Positions 1 to 13,351 of a DNA stretch of 64,000 bases are shown here, piece by piece. The position numbers were made by a program, and so were the translations under genes. The stretch lies in sequence record NZ_AP019754.1, one strand, 5' to 3'. Each line of letters starts with the position of its first letter. The stretch's first letter is position 1. This DNA is from a plasmid. The notes under the pieces are model-generated. The model searched no databases. It worked only from the letters and a program-made list of their open reading frames with translations, and was not told where the DNA came from.

Positions 1-98
1 CGTAAGGTCGCCCAGGTAAGGCGCAACGCGATCGATTTGTTGTAGGTAGGTGGACCAGGCTGAAGTACTACTGTCAGACGCGTAAGATAACTTATCCA
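1..98 (-). CDS. Partial CDS (N-terminal 32 aa; gene continues beyond window edge). Possibly a Glu/Leu/Phe/Val-type dehydrogenase, but not identifiable with confidence
   Basis: ATG at ~96-98 on minus strand, preceded by AAAGG Shine-Dalgarno. Reads MDKLSYASDSSTSAWSTYLQQIDRVAPYLGDLT and stays open to the window edge. Confidence 0.3.
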
Positions 99-629
99 TA
101 CAAAACCTTTCTTATCGAAGTTATTTATTGTGTTGAGCCGTGGAATGACGCGCGCTTAAGCGCGCCGACATAATTTATCATTACCAGAGAAAATATGATG
201 TCGACCAGGCGGTCATTATCCCCATGCTATTTCGATTAACGGTGAATAAGAGTGAATAATATTTCGACTTATCGGCCCCGGATGCGGCTGTTTCGTGCAT
301 AAATAAGGCATTGTTAGTGCATAAACCTAAAATTTTATGATTTATCAGTTCTTTGAAGGGGGTCAAAAAGTTAATGAATTGTTTCAAAGGATATTGACTT
401 TGTTGCACCGCCAGGGTGCATAAATATAAGTAATGCGAAGGTTACTTTCACTTATGCGAAGAGGCTAACGGACAATATCTCACGCTTTTATCACCGACGG
501 CAGAGCAGAAAATAAGACGTGCCAGCAACATGCGTTTATTAAAACGGGATGGAACTCAACCGCCAAATTTTTAACCTGAATAAGGAAGACGGCCGTGAGC
601 GGATGAAAAAGGCTGCGAACAGTAGTGCA

Positions 630-1523
630 TCAGTTTACGCTCTGACCTTCTGAAATCAGCGACAACAGATGGTTAACCGCTTTAGACGCATTATTCCGCC
701 GCCAGGCAAAAGCCACATCGGTAAAAAGCGTATTGTTGGCGATTTCCCGGAAGCAAATCTGCGGATTCTGCACGCACACCATCGATTCCGGTATAAGGGC
801 TATACCGCAACCTGCGCCGACCATACCAAGAGAAGAACTGATTTGCGGAGCCTGCTGAAAAGACGATGAGGAGAAACCCGCGCGCAAACAGGCACTGACA
901 ATAAGCTCATACAGGCTGGGTGAAACGTCTCGCGGAAAAATAATTAAGGTCTCCTGCATCAGTTCGCTCAGCGCGATGCTGGGTTTTTGTTGCAGAGGAT
1001 GCGCAGCAGGCAAAGCCAGCAGCATCCGTTCGGTAGAAATGACGCGCAAATTAAACGATTTGCTGCTTTCGCAGGGAAGACGAAGAAATGCCGCGTCCAG
1101 CAATCCCTCCTGGAGATCCTGAATAAGCAATGACATGTTCTCTTCCCGCGTCATCAGTTCCAGGGCGGGATAGCGATCTTTAAATCGCCGAATAATCTCA
1201 AAGACGTTGGGATCAAATGCCACCGAACTGGCAAAGCCCAGCGACATTTTGCCCGAGATCCCCCGGGCAACGCCTTTCGCCTTTTCCAGCGCATGATCGG
1301 CGAGTTGAATGATTTCAATCGCATCCGCCAGAAATGTTTTTCCTGCATCCGTCAGTTCCACACCGCGCGTCAGTCGTTTTAACAGCGGCGTACCGATTTC
1401 ATGCTCCAGTCGCTGAATTTGCTGACTGAGTGGCGGCTGCGAAATGCCAAGCAGTTCGGCCGCTCGGGTAAAGTGCTGCGTTTGAGCGACAGCAACGAAA
1501 TAACGTAGATGGCGCAGTTCCAT
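630..1523 (-). CDS. budR: LysR-family transcriptional activator of the divergent acetoin operon (BudR)
   Basis: 297 aa. N-terminal LysR HTH (MELRHLRYFVAVAQTQHFTRAAELLGISQPPLSQQIQRLE). Divergent from budA with ~100 bp shared intergenic region. Confidence 0.85.
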   Translation of the reverse strand: MELRHLRYFVAVAQTQHFTRAAELLGISQPPLSQQIQRLEHEIGTPLLKRLTRGVELTDAGKTFLADAIEIIQLADHALEKAKGVARGISGKMSLGFASSVAFDPNVFEIIRRFKDRYPALELMTREENMSLLIQDLQEGLLDAAFLRLPCESSKSFNLRVISTERMLLALPAAHPLQQKPSIALSELMQETLIIFPRDVSPSLYELIVSACLRAGFSSSSFQQAPQISSSLGMVGAGCGIALIPESMVCVQNPQICFREIANNTLFTDVAFAWRRNNASKAVNHLLSLISEGQSVN

Positions 1524-1590
1524 ATTAAAAACGTCTCAAAGTTTACAGGTTTTGCTATTGGATTCTGTCCGCAAACAGGGTCACCATTAT

Positions 1591-1614
1591 GTTAACACGG
1601 CTTAACAGTTAACC
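1591..1614. promoter_or_regulatory. Candidate LysR (BudR) binding site in budR-budA intergenic region
   Basis: GTTAAC-N4-CTTAAC-N2-GTTAAC repeated half-sites between the divergent budR and budA starts. Confidence 0.3.
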
Positions 1615-1627
1615 TACGAGGCATCCG

Positions 1628-2410
1628 ATGAGCAATTTTGTAACTGATTGTTCCTGTGAGGATCAACTAAAAGATACCGTCCAAAAGCTGCGAAAAAACA
1701 TGCCAGAAAGTGTTATGTATCAAACCTCTTTGATGAGTGCGCTGCTGAGTGGTGTTTATGACGGTGAAACCAGGATTGCTGACTTACTGCGCAAAGGTGA
1801 CTTTGGTCTGGGAACCTTCAATCAGCTGGATGGTGAACTCATTGCGTTCGACAGCAATGTGTATCAGCTGCGCGCCGATGGCAGTGCCCGGCCTGCTGAT
1901 CCTGACCAGAAAACGCCATTTGCGGTAATGACCTTTTTTCAACCCCAGCATAAACACGTTTTTGAACGCGCGGTTCAGCGCGATGCGCTGCATCAGCTTA
2001 TCGACAGCGAAATCACCTCCGACAACCAGTTTTGTGCACTGCGTGTAAGCGGACATTTTTCATCCGTCCAGACGCGTACCGTTCCGTGCCAGTGCCGGCC
2101 TTACCGATCGATGCCTGAAGTTCTGGGAAACCAGCCCATATTTGAATTCACGCACCGCCATGGCGAGCTTATTGGCTTCCGCACGCCGCAGTACATGCAG
2201 GGTATCAACGTCGCGGGATATCACGAACATTTCATCACAGACGACAGAACCGGCGGTGGGCATATCCTGGATTATGTGCTGGAGCAGGGCACGCTGACTT
2301 TTGGTGCCATCAGCAAGCTGGTGATCGATTTACCTGATAACGCCGACTTTCTTAATGCCAACCTGACGCCGGAAAATCTGGATGATGCCATCCGTTCTGT
2401 CGAAAGCTAA
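1628..2410 (+). CDS. budA: Alpha-acetolactate decarboxylase
   Basis: 260 aa. Typical ALDC length and N-terminus (MSNFVTDCSCE...). First gene of budABC downstream of divergent LysR. GAGG RBS. Confidence 0.9.
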   Translation: MSNFVTDCSCEDQLKDTVQKLRKNMPESVMYQTSLMSALLSGVYDGETRIADLLRKGDFGLGTFNQLDGELIAFDSNVYQLRADGSARPADPDQKTPFAVMTFFQPQHKHVFERAVQRDALHQLIDSEITSDNQFCALRVSGHFSSVQTRTVPCQCRPYRSMPEVLGNQPIFEFTHRHGELIGFRTPQYMQGINVAGYHEHFITDDRTGGGHILDYVLEQGTLTFGAISKLVIDLPDNADFLNANLTPENLDDAIRSVES

Positions 2411-2426
2411 TCACGAGGCCTGAAAT

Positions 2427-4106
2427 ATGAAAACTCTCTCTGATACGACGCTCTGGCACTGCGGTGCAGACCTGGTTGTCGCGCAACTTGAAGCGCAAGG
2501 CGTCAGCCATGTGTTTGGCATCCCTGGCGCAAAAATTGATAAGGTATTTGATTCCCTACTGGATTCTTCCATTCAGACGATCCCCGTGCGGCATGAGGCG
2601 AATGCCGCCTTTATGGCCGCGGCAGTAGGCCGTCTGACGGGTAACGCTGGCGTGGCGCTGGTCACATCCGGGCCGGGCTGCTCAAACCTGGTGACCGGTA
2701 TGGCTACCGCAACCAGTGAGGGCGACCCGGTGGTGGCTATTGGGGGCGCGGTCAAACGCTCCGACAGCGCCAAGCAGGTTCACCAGAGTCTTGATACCGT
2801 ATCCATGTTCCGCCCGGTGACAAAATATGCGGTTGAAGTCACCGACTCGTCGGCACTGGCGGAATGTGTATCAAACGCGTTTCGTCACGCTGAACACGGT
2901 CGCGGCGGCGGTGCGTTTGTCAGCCTGCCACAGGATATCGTTGATCAGCCGGTCACGGGTAAGGTGCTGAGCCATCACGGCCGCATCACGCTGGGTGCGG
3001 CACCGGATGTGATGATTGATGCGGTCAGCCGTGAGATCGCCCACGCAAAAAATCCCGTGATCTTGCTGGGCCTGATGGCAAGCCAGCCTGAGAATAGCGA
3101 AGCCATTCACGATCTGTTAAACCGCAGCCATATCCCGGTAACCAGCACGTATCAGGCTGCGGGTGCCGTTCGCCAGGAGCACTTTTCCCGTTTTGCCGGT
3201 CGCGTGGGACTTTTCAACAATCAGGCAGGCGACAAGCTGCTGCAACAGGCCGACCTGATTATTACCATCGGCTACAGCCCGGTTGAGTATGAACCTGCCA
3301 TGTGGAACAGCGGGAATGCCACCTTAATCCACATTGACGTTGTGCCAGCGGAAACGGACAACCGCTATTTGCCAGATGCGGAGCTGGTCGGCAACATCGC
3401 CGCCACGCTGCGTAAACTGGCACAAAAGGTCAGCCAGCCGTTACAGCTCAGCAAGGAGGCTGCCAGTATCCTTGAGGACCGTCAGCAGCAGCGGCAGTTA
3501 CTTGCATTACAGGGCGCGAGCCTGAATCAGTTTGCTCTTCATCCGCTGCGCATCGTGCGTGCGATGCAGGACATTATCAACAGCGACGTCAGCCTCACCG
3601 TTGATATGGGCAGCTTCCATATCTGGATTGCCCGCTATCTCTACAGCTTCCGCGCACGCCAAATCATGATTTCTAACGGGCAGCAAACCATGGGCGTGGC
3701 CTTGCCCTGGGCGATTGGTGCCTGGCTGGTCGATCCACAGCGTAAAGTCGTCTCGGTTTCAGGAGATGGCGGCTTCCTGCAGTCAAGCATGGAGCTGGAA
3801 ACCGCCGTCAGGCTCAACGCCAACATTTTACACATTGTCTGGGTCGATAATGCTTACAACATGGTGGCGATGCAGGAAGAGAAAAAATATCAGCGTGTTT
3901 CAGGCGTGAACTTTGGGCCCATTGATTTTAAAGCCTATGCGGAAGCATTCGGTGCGGCGGGATTCGCGGTGAACAGTGCCTCCGAACTGGAACCCACGCT
4001 GCGCAAAGCGATGGATGTTCAGGGGCCTGCTGTTGTGGCAGTGCCAGTGGATTACGCCGATAACCACTTGCTGATGGGGCAGCTTCACCTCAGCCAGTTA
4101 CTTTAA
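2427..4106 (+). CDS. budB: Catabolic acetolactate synthase (thiamine-diphosphate enzyme)
   Basis: 559 aa. TPP-enzyme signatures ([13 protein letters not shown]...). Immediately follows budA. Confidence 0.9.
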   Translation: MKTLSDTTLWHCGADLVVAQLEAQGVSHVFGIPGAKIDKVFDSLLDSSIQTIPVRHEANAAFMAAAVGRLTGNAGVALVTSGPGCSNLVTGMATATSEGDPVVAIGGAVKRSDSAKQVHQSLDTVSMFRPVTKYAVEVTDSSALAECVSNAFRHAEHGRGGGAFVSLPQDIVDQPVTGKVLSHHGRITLGAAPDVMIDAVSREIAHAKNPVILLGLMASQPENSEAIHDLLNRSHIPVTSTYQAAGAVRQEHFSRFAGRVGLFNNQAGDKLLQQADLIITIGYSPVEYEPAMWNSGNATLIHIDVVPAETDNRYLPDAELVGNIAATLRKLAQKVSQPLQLSKEAASILEDRQQQRQLLALQGASLNQFALHPLRIVRAMQDIINSDVSLTVDMGSFHIWIARYLYSFRARQIMISNGQQTMGVALPWAIGAWLVDPQRKVVSVSGDGGFLQSSMELETAVRLNANILHIVWVDNAYNMVAMQEEKKYQRVSGVNFGPIDFKAYAEAFGAAGFAVNSASELEPTLRKAMDVQGPAVVAVPVDYADNHLLMGQLHLSQLL

Positions 4107-4904
<798 letters not shown>

Positions 4905-4914
4905 CCGGAAAAAT

Positions 4915-4936
4915 GTCTGGCGCTACGGCGCCAGAC
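4915..4936 (+). terminator. Stem-loop downstream of budC (GTCTGGCGC-TACG-GCGCCAGAC)
   Basis: Perfect 9-bp stem with 4-nt loop 10 nt after the budC stop. No clear U-tract, so possibly Rho-assisted or an RNA stability element. Confidence 0.4.
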
Positions 4937-5128
4937 TGCCCGGTATTCTGTCACCTCGCATGAGGTAGGCTGAGATCCTGCATGACGTCCTGTAAAAAAA
5001 ATAACGCCGCTTACTTTTTCCCTCATTTCCTGACAATTTTAAGAGCATACCGAGCGTTTCCGGGCTTCCATCGTTCAGTGAAACGGCTAAAATAATGCGT
5101 TCATTTGCCAGGGAGTAAGACAGCTATA

Positions 5129-5566
5129 ATGCGTTATCGTAATCTTTTTACCGCACTTGCGGTCGCCACAACATTAGCCGGATGCGCCCGGCATCCCGCC
5201 GCCAATCCCCCCGCTGCGGCAGCGGATGATTTTACGACCGGACAGACCCAGATCGATGTTTCACACGTGATTACGCGTGCGGATGACGGTTCACATATTT
5301 ATCTGACGGTAGATGGTAAAGATGCAGGCGAACTGCCCAATGGTGAAAGCAAAATCCTTCATGTTCCCGCGGGTAAACATGAAGTCGGCGGTTATGTGCG
5401 CACGTTGTTTGGCCTGGGGCGGGTAACTATTGATCCCCTTGAAGTGACAACGTCACCTGAAGACGTTAAAAAAGTGGCTTATACCGTGACTCGTAATAAG
5501 GCGACCTTTGTTGAACAACCTAAACAGAGCGAACCCCAGCCGGCACAGACGCAGGAACAGGGCTAA
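5129..5566 (+). CDS. Lipoprotein of unknown function
   Basis: Signal peptide with lipobox LAGC (MRYRNLFTALAVATTLAGCARH). The track ORF starts at a TTG at 5105. ATG at 5129 has an upstream GGAG. Confidence 0.6.
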   Translation: MRYRNLFTALAVATTLAGCARHPAANPPAAAADDFTTGQTQIDVSHVITRADDGSHIYLTVDGKDAGELPNGESKILHVPAGKHEVGGYVRTLFGLGRVTIDPLEVTTSPEDVKKVAYTVTRNKATFVEQPKQSEPQPAQTQEQG

Positions 5567-5792
5567 TCTGTCCTGCTAACGCCAGGTCGTGAATTTCACT
5601 GCCTGGCGATCGTTCAGATAGCGTTACGACGGCAGCAGGTTATCTCTCTGCTGACGTCGCCCTGCCGTGTAGTGCCCGTGACCTCAGTGCTTTATGGCGT
5701 TAATCTCGCCCTTGACGACAGCCGTTGTGCTTTTGATGACACATGAGGCACGATGGCAATTTTGATCACCCATAGCGCCTGTTAATGAATGC

Positions 5793-6266
5793 CTATAGCC
5801 CCAGTTCACTGAGAGAGGGATGATCGTCCGGTCTGCGGCCCTGAGGCCAGTGAAACAGTCGCTGACTGTCGGTAATGGCCACGTCGTTAATGCTGGCATG
5901 GCGTTTCACCATGTAGCCATTCTCATCAAATTCCCAGTTCTCATTGCCGTAGGAACGGAACCAGTTTGCCTGGCTGTCATGCCACTCATAGGCAAAGCGC
6001 ACGGCGATACGATTTGAATGAAAACTCCACAACTCTTTGATCAACCGGTACTCTGCTTCCCTTTGCCATTTGTCTCGTAAAAACGCCACAATTTCGGCCC
6101 GGCCCGTAATAAACCTATCGCGATTTCGCCATGCGCTGTCGGGAGAATAGGCCAGAGAAACACGTTCGGGATCCCGGCTGTTCCAGGCATCCTCTGCCAG
6201 GCGCACTTTCTTTATCGCATCCTGTACATCGTTAAACGGGGGTAGAGGCTGACGTGGTGATTCCAT
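5793..6266 (-). CDS. NTF2-like/SnoaL-like protein (DUF1348-type)
   Basis: 157 aa. AGGAG RBS 5 nt upstream of ATG. Sequence recalls DUF1348 proteins ([16 protein letters not shown]). Confidence 0.55.
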   Translation of the reverse strand: MESPRQPLPPFNDVQDAIKKVRLAEDAWNSRDPERVSLAYSPDSAWRNRDRFITGRAEIVAFLRDKWQREAEYRLIKELWSFHSNRIAVRFAYEWHDSQANWFRSYGNENWEFDENGYMVKRHASINDVAITDSQRLFHWPQGRRPDDHPSLSELGL

Positions 6267-6347
6267 AAGGTCTCCTGAAACGCTGGCAGACTCAGCGACA
6301 CTTCAGCATTGGAGTGCCGGCTGATGACATTCATAAACGGGCAGGTT

Positions 6348-6782
6348 TTAGAGCGAAATGGCGTGAACCTGACAAACGGCGCGTGCCGCTTCTTTACCTT
6401 TTTTCACAAAATGCTCGGTATAAAAACGCACGAATTCGTCGGCAGGCTGAAAATTATGCGGCGTCAGTGAAACAGAAAACACGGGAACATTGGTAGCCAG
6501 CTGAGCCTGCATGAGTCCACTGACCACGGCCTGGGCCACGAAGTCGTGGCGGTAAATGCCACCATCAACGACCAGGGCCGCACAAACAATGGCGTCAAAC
6601 TGACCTGTCTGCGCCAGGCGCTGCGCCAGTAAAGGCATCTCAAAGGCACCAGGCACGTCCCAGGTTTTAATTTCGTAAGGCGTGCCGCTGTTTTCCATTT
6701 CCTGATTAAAGCCAGCCAGAGTTTGAGAAACAATGTCGCTGTGCCAGTTTGCCTTGATAAAGGCGACTCTTAACGGTTGCAT
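6348..6782 (-). CDS. 6,7-dimethyl-8-ribityllumazine synthase family protein (RibH paralog)
   Basis: 144 aa. VAFIKANWH, GAFEMP and VVDGG motifs resemble lumazine synthase. Confidence 0.6.
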   Translation of the reverse strand: MQPLRVAFIKANWHSDIVSQTLAGFNQEMENSGTPYEIKTWDVPGAFEMPLLAQRLAQTGQFDAIVCAALVVDGGIYRHDFVAQAVVSGLMQAQLATNVPVFSVSLTPHNFQPADEFVRFYTEHFVKKGKEAARAVCQVHAISL

Positions 6783-7217
6783 AACTTACTCCAGTAAACG
6801 TGACATCCGGTGCACGTGAAATCGCAAAACGATCGCATTCTTCCGAATCAAAAATAAAGCTGTCTGATGAGCAGCACAGTAAATTCGCTCAGCACTTCTT
6901 GAATCACCTGGCTACCTGAGCGCCGGAGCCGGATGACGTCTCTTGCTTATGGCCGACATTATAAACTGATGTCAATAATCCGTGCTTATCTTTAATCCGC
7001 TTTTACCGCCATCCACCGTTACGGACGGCACCGATCTTGCGCGGATCATCCGCCAGAGCGCTGTCGTGTTTTATCCGTCTGGCCAATGCTCGCTTTTTGC
7101 GTAACGCTTTCCATTAATATATCAGCTTAAAAATAGTACTGGATATTTAAACAGGTAATTGTATAATTATTCCACTGCCCGTTGGGTGTTGTCTGGAATG
7201 ATTAGGGGGTAAAGCCC

Positions 7218-7925
7218 ATGATGATATCGACAGAAATCTTCAAAGCAACGGATCATGCCATTACGATGACAAGCCGTGAAATTGCCCAAATGACCGGCAA
7301 TACGCACGGCGAAGTTAAACGCTTAATTAAAAGTCTTGAAACGGCGCAGCGCCTTTCTCAGCCACTTTCAGTCAATCTCTATGAGCGCGAAGGCCAGACG
7401 CGTGAGGAGTTCTGCCTGAATAAACGCGACTCTCTGCTGGCTGTCGCCCGACTTTCGCCGGGTTTTACGGCCGATGCGCTCGATCGCTGGCAGGCCCTTG
7501 AAGAGCGTGTTCATCTGCCTGATTTTACGAATCCTGCTGAAGCCGCTCGTGCCTGGGCTGAACAGTTTGAACAGCGACGCGCAGCAGAGAAACAACTGGC
7601 CGAATCGGCACCAAAAGCCGCTTTTTTTGACCACTTTGTCAACGTTGAAACGTCTCTGGGTTTCCGCCAGTTGTGCAAAATGCTGAAAGCCAAAGAGCCA
7701 GATTTTCGCCAGTTCCTGCTGGAGCGCAATATTATGTTCCGTGACAAGGGAGCCTTGAGGCCCCAGCATTACCATCTGCAGGCGGGTTACTTTACACTGC
7801 ATTCAGGTACGGCGGACAATCAGCATGCTTTCTCGCAGGCTCGCTTTACCGCCAATGGTGTCAGATGGATTGCCAGCCTGTGGGCCGGACATCTGTCTGC
7901 TCAACTCAAAGGTGCGGCGGCTTAG
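7218..7925 (+). CDS. Phage regulatory protein Rha / antirepressor-like protein (orphan prophage gene)
   Basis: 235 aa. N-terminus (FKATDHAITMTSREIAQMTGNTHGEVKRLIKSLE) matches the phage pRha domain. C-terminal half is KilAC-like. Preceded by AT-rich region with TATAAT. Confidence 0.6.
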   Translation: MMISTEIFKATDHAITMTSREIAQMTGNTHGEVKRLIKSLETAQRLSQPLSVNLYEREGQTREEFCLNKRDSLLAVARLSPGFTADALDRWQALEERVHLPDFTNPAEAARAWAEQFEQRRAAEKQLAESAPKAAFFDHFVNVETSLGFRQLCKMLKAKEPDFRQFLLERNIMFRDKGALRPQHYHLQAGYFTLHSGTADNQHAFSQARFTANGVRWIASLWAGHLSAQLKGAAA

Positions 7926-7980
7926 CCTCACTTTTAGCGTGAAACAGGCCGCTGACGATGCGGCCTGTTTCAGCCAGCCT

Positions 7981-8778
7981 TTACCAGCCTTTGATCGCAT
8001 CACCTTTGTAGACTTCTTCTGCTTTGGCCGCGACTTCCGGAGACTGTAACGCAGACTTCAGCTTTTGGATTTTATCGCTGTCTTTGTTGTCCTGACGTGA
8101 TACCAATGCATTGACGTAAGGCGATGAGGCGCTTTCCATAAACAACCCATCGCGACGCGCCGACAGGCCAGCCTGGGCAGAGAAGTTGGTATTTATGATT
8201 GAAAGCGTGACATTTGGATCGTCAAGAGTACGGGTTAACTGCGGCGTATCCACCTCAACCAGCTTCAGATGCTTAGGGTTTTCGGTGATATCCAGCGAGG
8301 TCGGCAAATAGCCCACGCCGTCTTTGAGCTTAATTAAGCCCTGAGCCTGCAACAGTAACAGACTGCGGCCGAGCGTTGTGGCCTCATTAGAAAGGGTAAT
8401 CGTATCGCCATCTTTGAGTTCGCTGATGTTTTTAATCTTGTGAGAATAGGCAGCGATAGGGAAAACAAAGGTTTTACCGACAACGGCAAATTTGTAGCCA
8501 CGCTCTTTAGACTGTTCTTCCAAATAGGGGAGGCTCTGAAAGGCGTTGGCATCAACTTCTTTATTGTTCAGCGCTTCGTTTGGCAGTACGTAATCGTTGA
8601 AGTTAAGCACTTCAACATCCAGCTGATACTTGTCTTTGGCAATTTTCTGAACTTCCTGCCAGATAGCTTCGTCGGGACCGGTGTTGATCGCCACTTTAAC
8701 TTTATGATCGTTATCAGGTGAGCAGGCGGACAACAGTAATACGGAACTGGCGATTAGCGCCGTAAATAAACCTTTCAT
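7981..8778 (-). CDS. MetQ/NlpA-family lipoprotein (methionine-binding-like)
   Basis: 265 aa. Lipobox LLSACS. NlpA-family sequence similarity. No adjacent metNI. Confidence 0.7.
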   Translation of the reverse strand: MKGLFTALIASSVLLLSACSPDNDHKVKVAINTGPDEAIWQEVQKIAKDKYQLDVEVLNFNDYVLPNEALNNKEVDANAFQSLPYLEEQSKERGYKFAVVGKTFVFPIAAYSHKIKNISELKDGDTITLSNEATTLGRSLLLLQAQGLIKLKDGVGYLPTSLDITENPKHLKLVEVDTPQLTRTLDDPNVTLSIINTNFSAQAGLSARRDGLFMESASSPYVNALVSRQDNKDSDKIQKLKSALQSPEVAAKAEEVYKGDAIKGW

Positions 8779-9026
8779 TAGTAGCGATTCCCATCAGTAA
8801 AAGATGTCAAAAGCCTAATACAATTTATCCGCCTTGCGTACTGACGCGGCGATATAAGATATAACCATTACTGCATGATTTGTCTAAAAATTCACCGCAT
8901 GGTCATCAGGCGCTATCCTGGCGTTTTTAACCGCTGGCAGGGTAATTGACGTCGTCGAACACGATCATAGGCTACGTTTAAACACGTTATTCATTTCAGT
9001 ATTGCCGACGCGAGTCAGGAGAAACC

Positions 9027-9428
9027 ATGTCAGGGAATCATTCAGATAAATCATCAGATAATAAAATCGTTGCCGTACAGGTGTTAAAAAGTAGTGAAGC
9101 ATGGAACGGTCAACACATTGACGCTTATCCGCAGGGTGAACCCGAACTGACCGTGATGCGCCTGACCATTCCGGCTCATTCTTCGTTACCCTGGCATACG
9201 CATCCCATGCCGAATGCGTGTTTTATCCTGTCAGGTACGCTTGTAGTTGAGGATAAAGAAACGGGTGAGCAGCAAACCTTTCAGGCTGGCGAAGCGTTAA
9301 ATGAAACGGTGAACAGCGCACATCGCGGCTTTACGCTGAACACGCCTGCCGAGTTGGTGATTACCTATGCGGGGGTGAAAGGGATGGAGCTGACCGACCC
9401 GCTTCCCGGCGAACCTGAGGAGTTCTAG
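9027..9428 (+). CDS. Cupin-domain protein
   Basis: 133 aa. Cupin motifs around WHTHP...G. Confidence 0.55.
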   Translation: MSGNHSDKSSDNKIVAVQVLKSSEAWNGQHIDAYPQGEPELTVMRLTIPAHSSLPWHTHPMPNACFILSGTLVVEDKETGEQQTFQAGEALNETVNSAHRGFTLNTPAELVITYAGVKGMELTDPLPGEPEEF

Positions 9429-9613
9429 CGTGAGAATGCCTACCGGTACAGTTTCGGGTTAAACACTCGCTGGAGCCAGTCCTTTGCAGATCGCGTGAAC
9501 GGGGCAGAAAACCTGATTCAGGGTGCGCATTTGGCATCTGGAATACTGTGTAGGGTCATGGCGCAAAAAAAACCAGCCGGTGAAGGCTGGTTTACGTTTG
9601 TATGCAACTCTCA

Positions 9614-10294
9614 TTACGCTTTCAGCGAGGCGCCGCCGCAGATAACCAGTTCCTGGCCCGTAATGGCTGCGGCGGATTCGCTAAGTAGATAACCCACTAG
9701 CGAGGCGACTTCTTCTGGTTGAATGAGCCGGCCAATCGGCGGAACCATAGGGGCCGACGACGTACGTTCAGGTCGGGTGAGCATGGGGGTTTCGGTCGCA
9801 CCAGGCGCAACAACGTTAACAGTGATGTTACGCGGTGCCAGCTCCATTCCCCACGAGCGAACCATGCCAACCAGCGCCGCTTTGGTTGCAGCGTACTGCG
9901 AGCGGTTGGCGGCACCTCGCGACGTGCGGCTACCTATAATGACAATCCTACTGCCAGGCTGCATCATCGGCACAAAGTGGTTCACCAGGACTTCCGCCGC
10001 TTGAACGTGCAACGACCACAGGCGCGCGCCGGCAGCGCTATCAAGTTCGCCTAACGGGGCGGCCACCATCATCCCTGCTGCATGTATCAACGCATCCGGG
10101 GTACCGAGTGTGCTGATAACCGACTTAAGCTGTTCCGCATCCGTTAAATCCACGGCAACCCAGTTAAGGTTCGGTGAGGCCATCTCTCCCTGGGTTCTGC
10201 TAAGTCCCGTCACTTTCCAGCCGTTATTCAGCAGATGATGGGTGATGGCCTGGCCGATACCGGAACTGTATCCCGTGACGATAGCGTGACGCAT
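9614..10294 (-). CDS. SDR-family oxidoreductase (last gene of six-gene operon)
   Basis: 226 aa. TGYSSGIG Rossmann motif. YAATK-type catalytic region. Confidence 0.75.
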   Translation of the reverse strand: MRHAIVTGYSSGIGQAITHHLLNNGWKVTGLSRTQGEMASPNLNWVAVDLTDAEQLKSVISTLGTPDALIHAAGMMVAAPLGELDSAAGARLWSLHVQAAEVLVNHFVPMMQPGSRIVIIGSRTSRGAANRSQYAATKAALVGMVRSWGMELAPRNITVNVVAPGATETPMLTRPERTSSAPMVPPIGRLIQPEEVASLVGYLLSESAAAITGQELVICGGASLKA

Positions 10295-10295
10295 C

Positions 10296-11928
<1,633 letters not shown>

Positions 11929-11929
11929 T

Positions 11930-13351
11930 TTATTCTCCTTTGCTTGCTGCATTTTTTGCCTCTTCAGCGGCCTGGGTCCGGGCTTTACTTGGGATCATAT
12001 GGTCAATAGCCATAATCAATGCCGGTGTCAGTAGCGCGATATACATGTTGTTGATACCAAAAGGATCCCCTAACAGATACCAGATGGAAGTCACCACACA
12101 GGCGCCCACCAGGCCCGCATTTGCCCCACGCGTACTTCTGTAGAACGGCGCGTAGAAGGCAATCACCGCAACAACGGTAATAGACAGACGAATAGCACGT
12201 GTAAAGAAAGAGAGTTTTAAGACTTCAGGCACGAACAGAACAAAAATCAACGGCAGGAAACCAATCAACAGTGATAACCAGCGCGTTGTTTTAAATTCCT
12301 GATCGGGCGTCGGTTTGAAATAAGGCACATAGAAATCTTTCACAACCAGTGAGGCGATCGCCAGAGCGACGGTACTGACGCTGACAAAGATGGAGGCCAC
12401 CAGCGAGGTCGTTACCAGACCCGCCAGCCAGGGGTTCATGTCCTGCAAAAACACCGGCATGGCGTACAGGCTGTTAATCTCTGGATGCAGGTACTTTGCG
12501 GCCACACCGATCACCGCAATCGCCAGCGCAATCGGCATACAGAACAGGAAAGCAATCCACGTGGAGCGCTGGGCAGATTTCACGTCTTTAGTTGAGGAGA
12601 TAGCCTGAATAACAAACTGTGTGCAGAAAATCGAACCAATAGTACCGATGAGCCAGGCAACGATGGTTGATACGCCGATATTACCATCCCAGGTCCAGTA
12701 ATAGGCGGGCATTTCGTCGATCATAGGTTTGAAGCCGCCCGTTTGCGACAGTGCAAACCACAAAATAGCCAGAATACCAAAATACTTCAGCGCGCTGTGC
12801 AGCATGGTGACCCAGGCAATTCCCTTTAAACCACCAAACGCAAAGTAGAAGGTACTGACGATAGCGGTGATAAACGCAGCAATGGGCAGGGTAACGTGTA
12901 AGACCGTCGCGATAGCGGCGGCACCACTCACATAATTACCCACGTTTACCAGCAGCAGGGCATAAATCATAATCAGTGAAATGATATTCTTGGTACTGCT
13001 ACCGTATTTTTCAGCGATGGCGCCCGAAATGGTAATTTTGCCGGTGTTATAAATACGTTTGACCAGAATCATACCAAATAACGGAAAACCGATTGCCGCA
13101 CCAATAACAGACCATGACGCAGCAATACCGCCTTCAAAAGCGGCCTGCGCGGTGCCGATGGTCGACTTTGCCCCTATATATTCTGACATCAGCAGAATAC
13201 CAACAATAAAGGCGGGCATGGCGCGTGAGCCTTCCATAAAATCGCCAGAGTTTTTACTGCGTAAGCGAAACGTTAGCCAGGTGGTAAATAAAATATAAGC
13301 CACCACGATGCCAATAATTATCAGGGTGTCCTGAGCGTTGAAAGTTTTCAT
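11930..13351 (-). CDS. Sodium:solute symporter (SSS family; SiaT-like)
   Basis: 473 aa polytopic membrane protein with SSS-family features. Confidence 0.75.
   Translation of the reverse strand: MKTFNAQDTLIIIGIVVAYILFTTWLTFRLRSKNSGDFMEGSRAMPAFIVGILLMSEYIGAKSTIGTAQAAFEGGIAASWSVIGAAIGFPLFGMILVKRIYNTGKITISGAIAEKYGSSTKNIISLIMIYALLLVNVGNYVSGAAAIATVLHVTLPIAAFITAIVSTFYFAFGGLKGIAWVTMLHSALKYFGILAILWFALSQTGGFKPMIDEMPAYYWTWDGNIGVSTIVAWLIGTIGSIFCTQFVIQAISSTKDVKSAQRSTWIAFLFCMPIALAIAVIGVAAKYLHPEINSLYAMPVFLQDMNPWLAGLVTTSLVASIFVSVSTVALAIASLVVKDFYVPYFKPTPDQEFKTTRWLSLLIGFLPLIFVLFVPEVLKLSFFTRAIRLSITVVAVIAFYAPFYRSTRGANAGLVGACVVTSIWYLLGDPFGINNMYIALLTPALIMAIDHMIPSKARTQAAEEAKNAASKGE

Noticed and set aside
181-408. 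75-aa minus-strand ORF near the window start
   Set aside because: AT-rich intergenic DNA between the partial 5' gene and budR. No RBS or family resemblance.
6464-6733. 89-aa ORF overlapping the lumazine-synthase gene on the same strand in another frame
   Set aside because: Embedded entirely within a well-supported gene. Arg/Trp-rich composition typical of spurious GC-rich frames.
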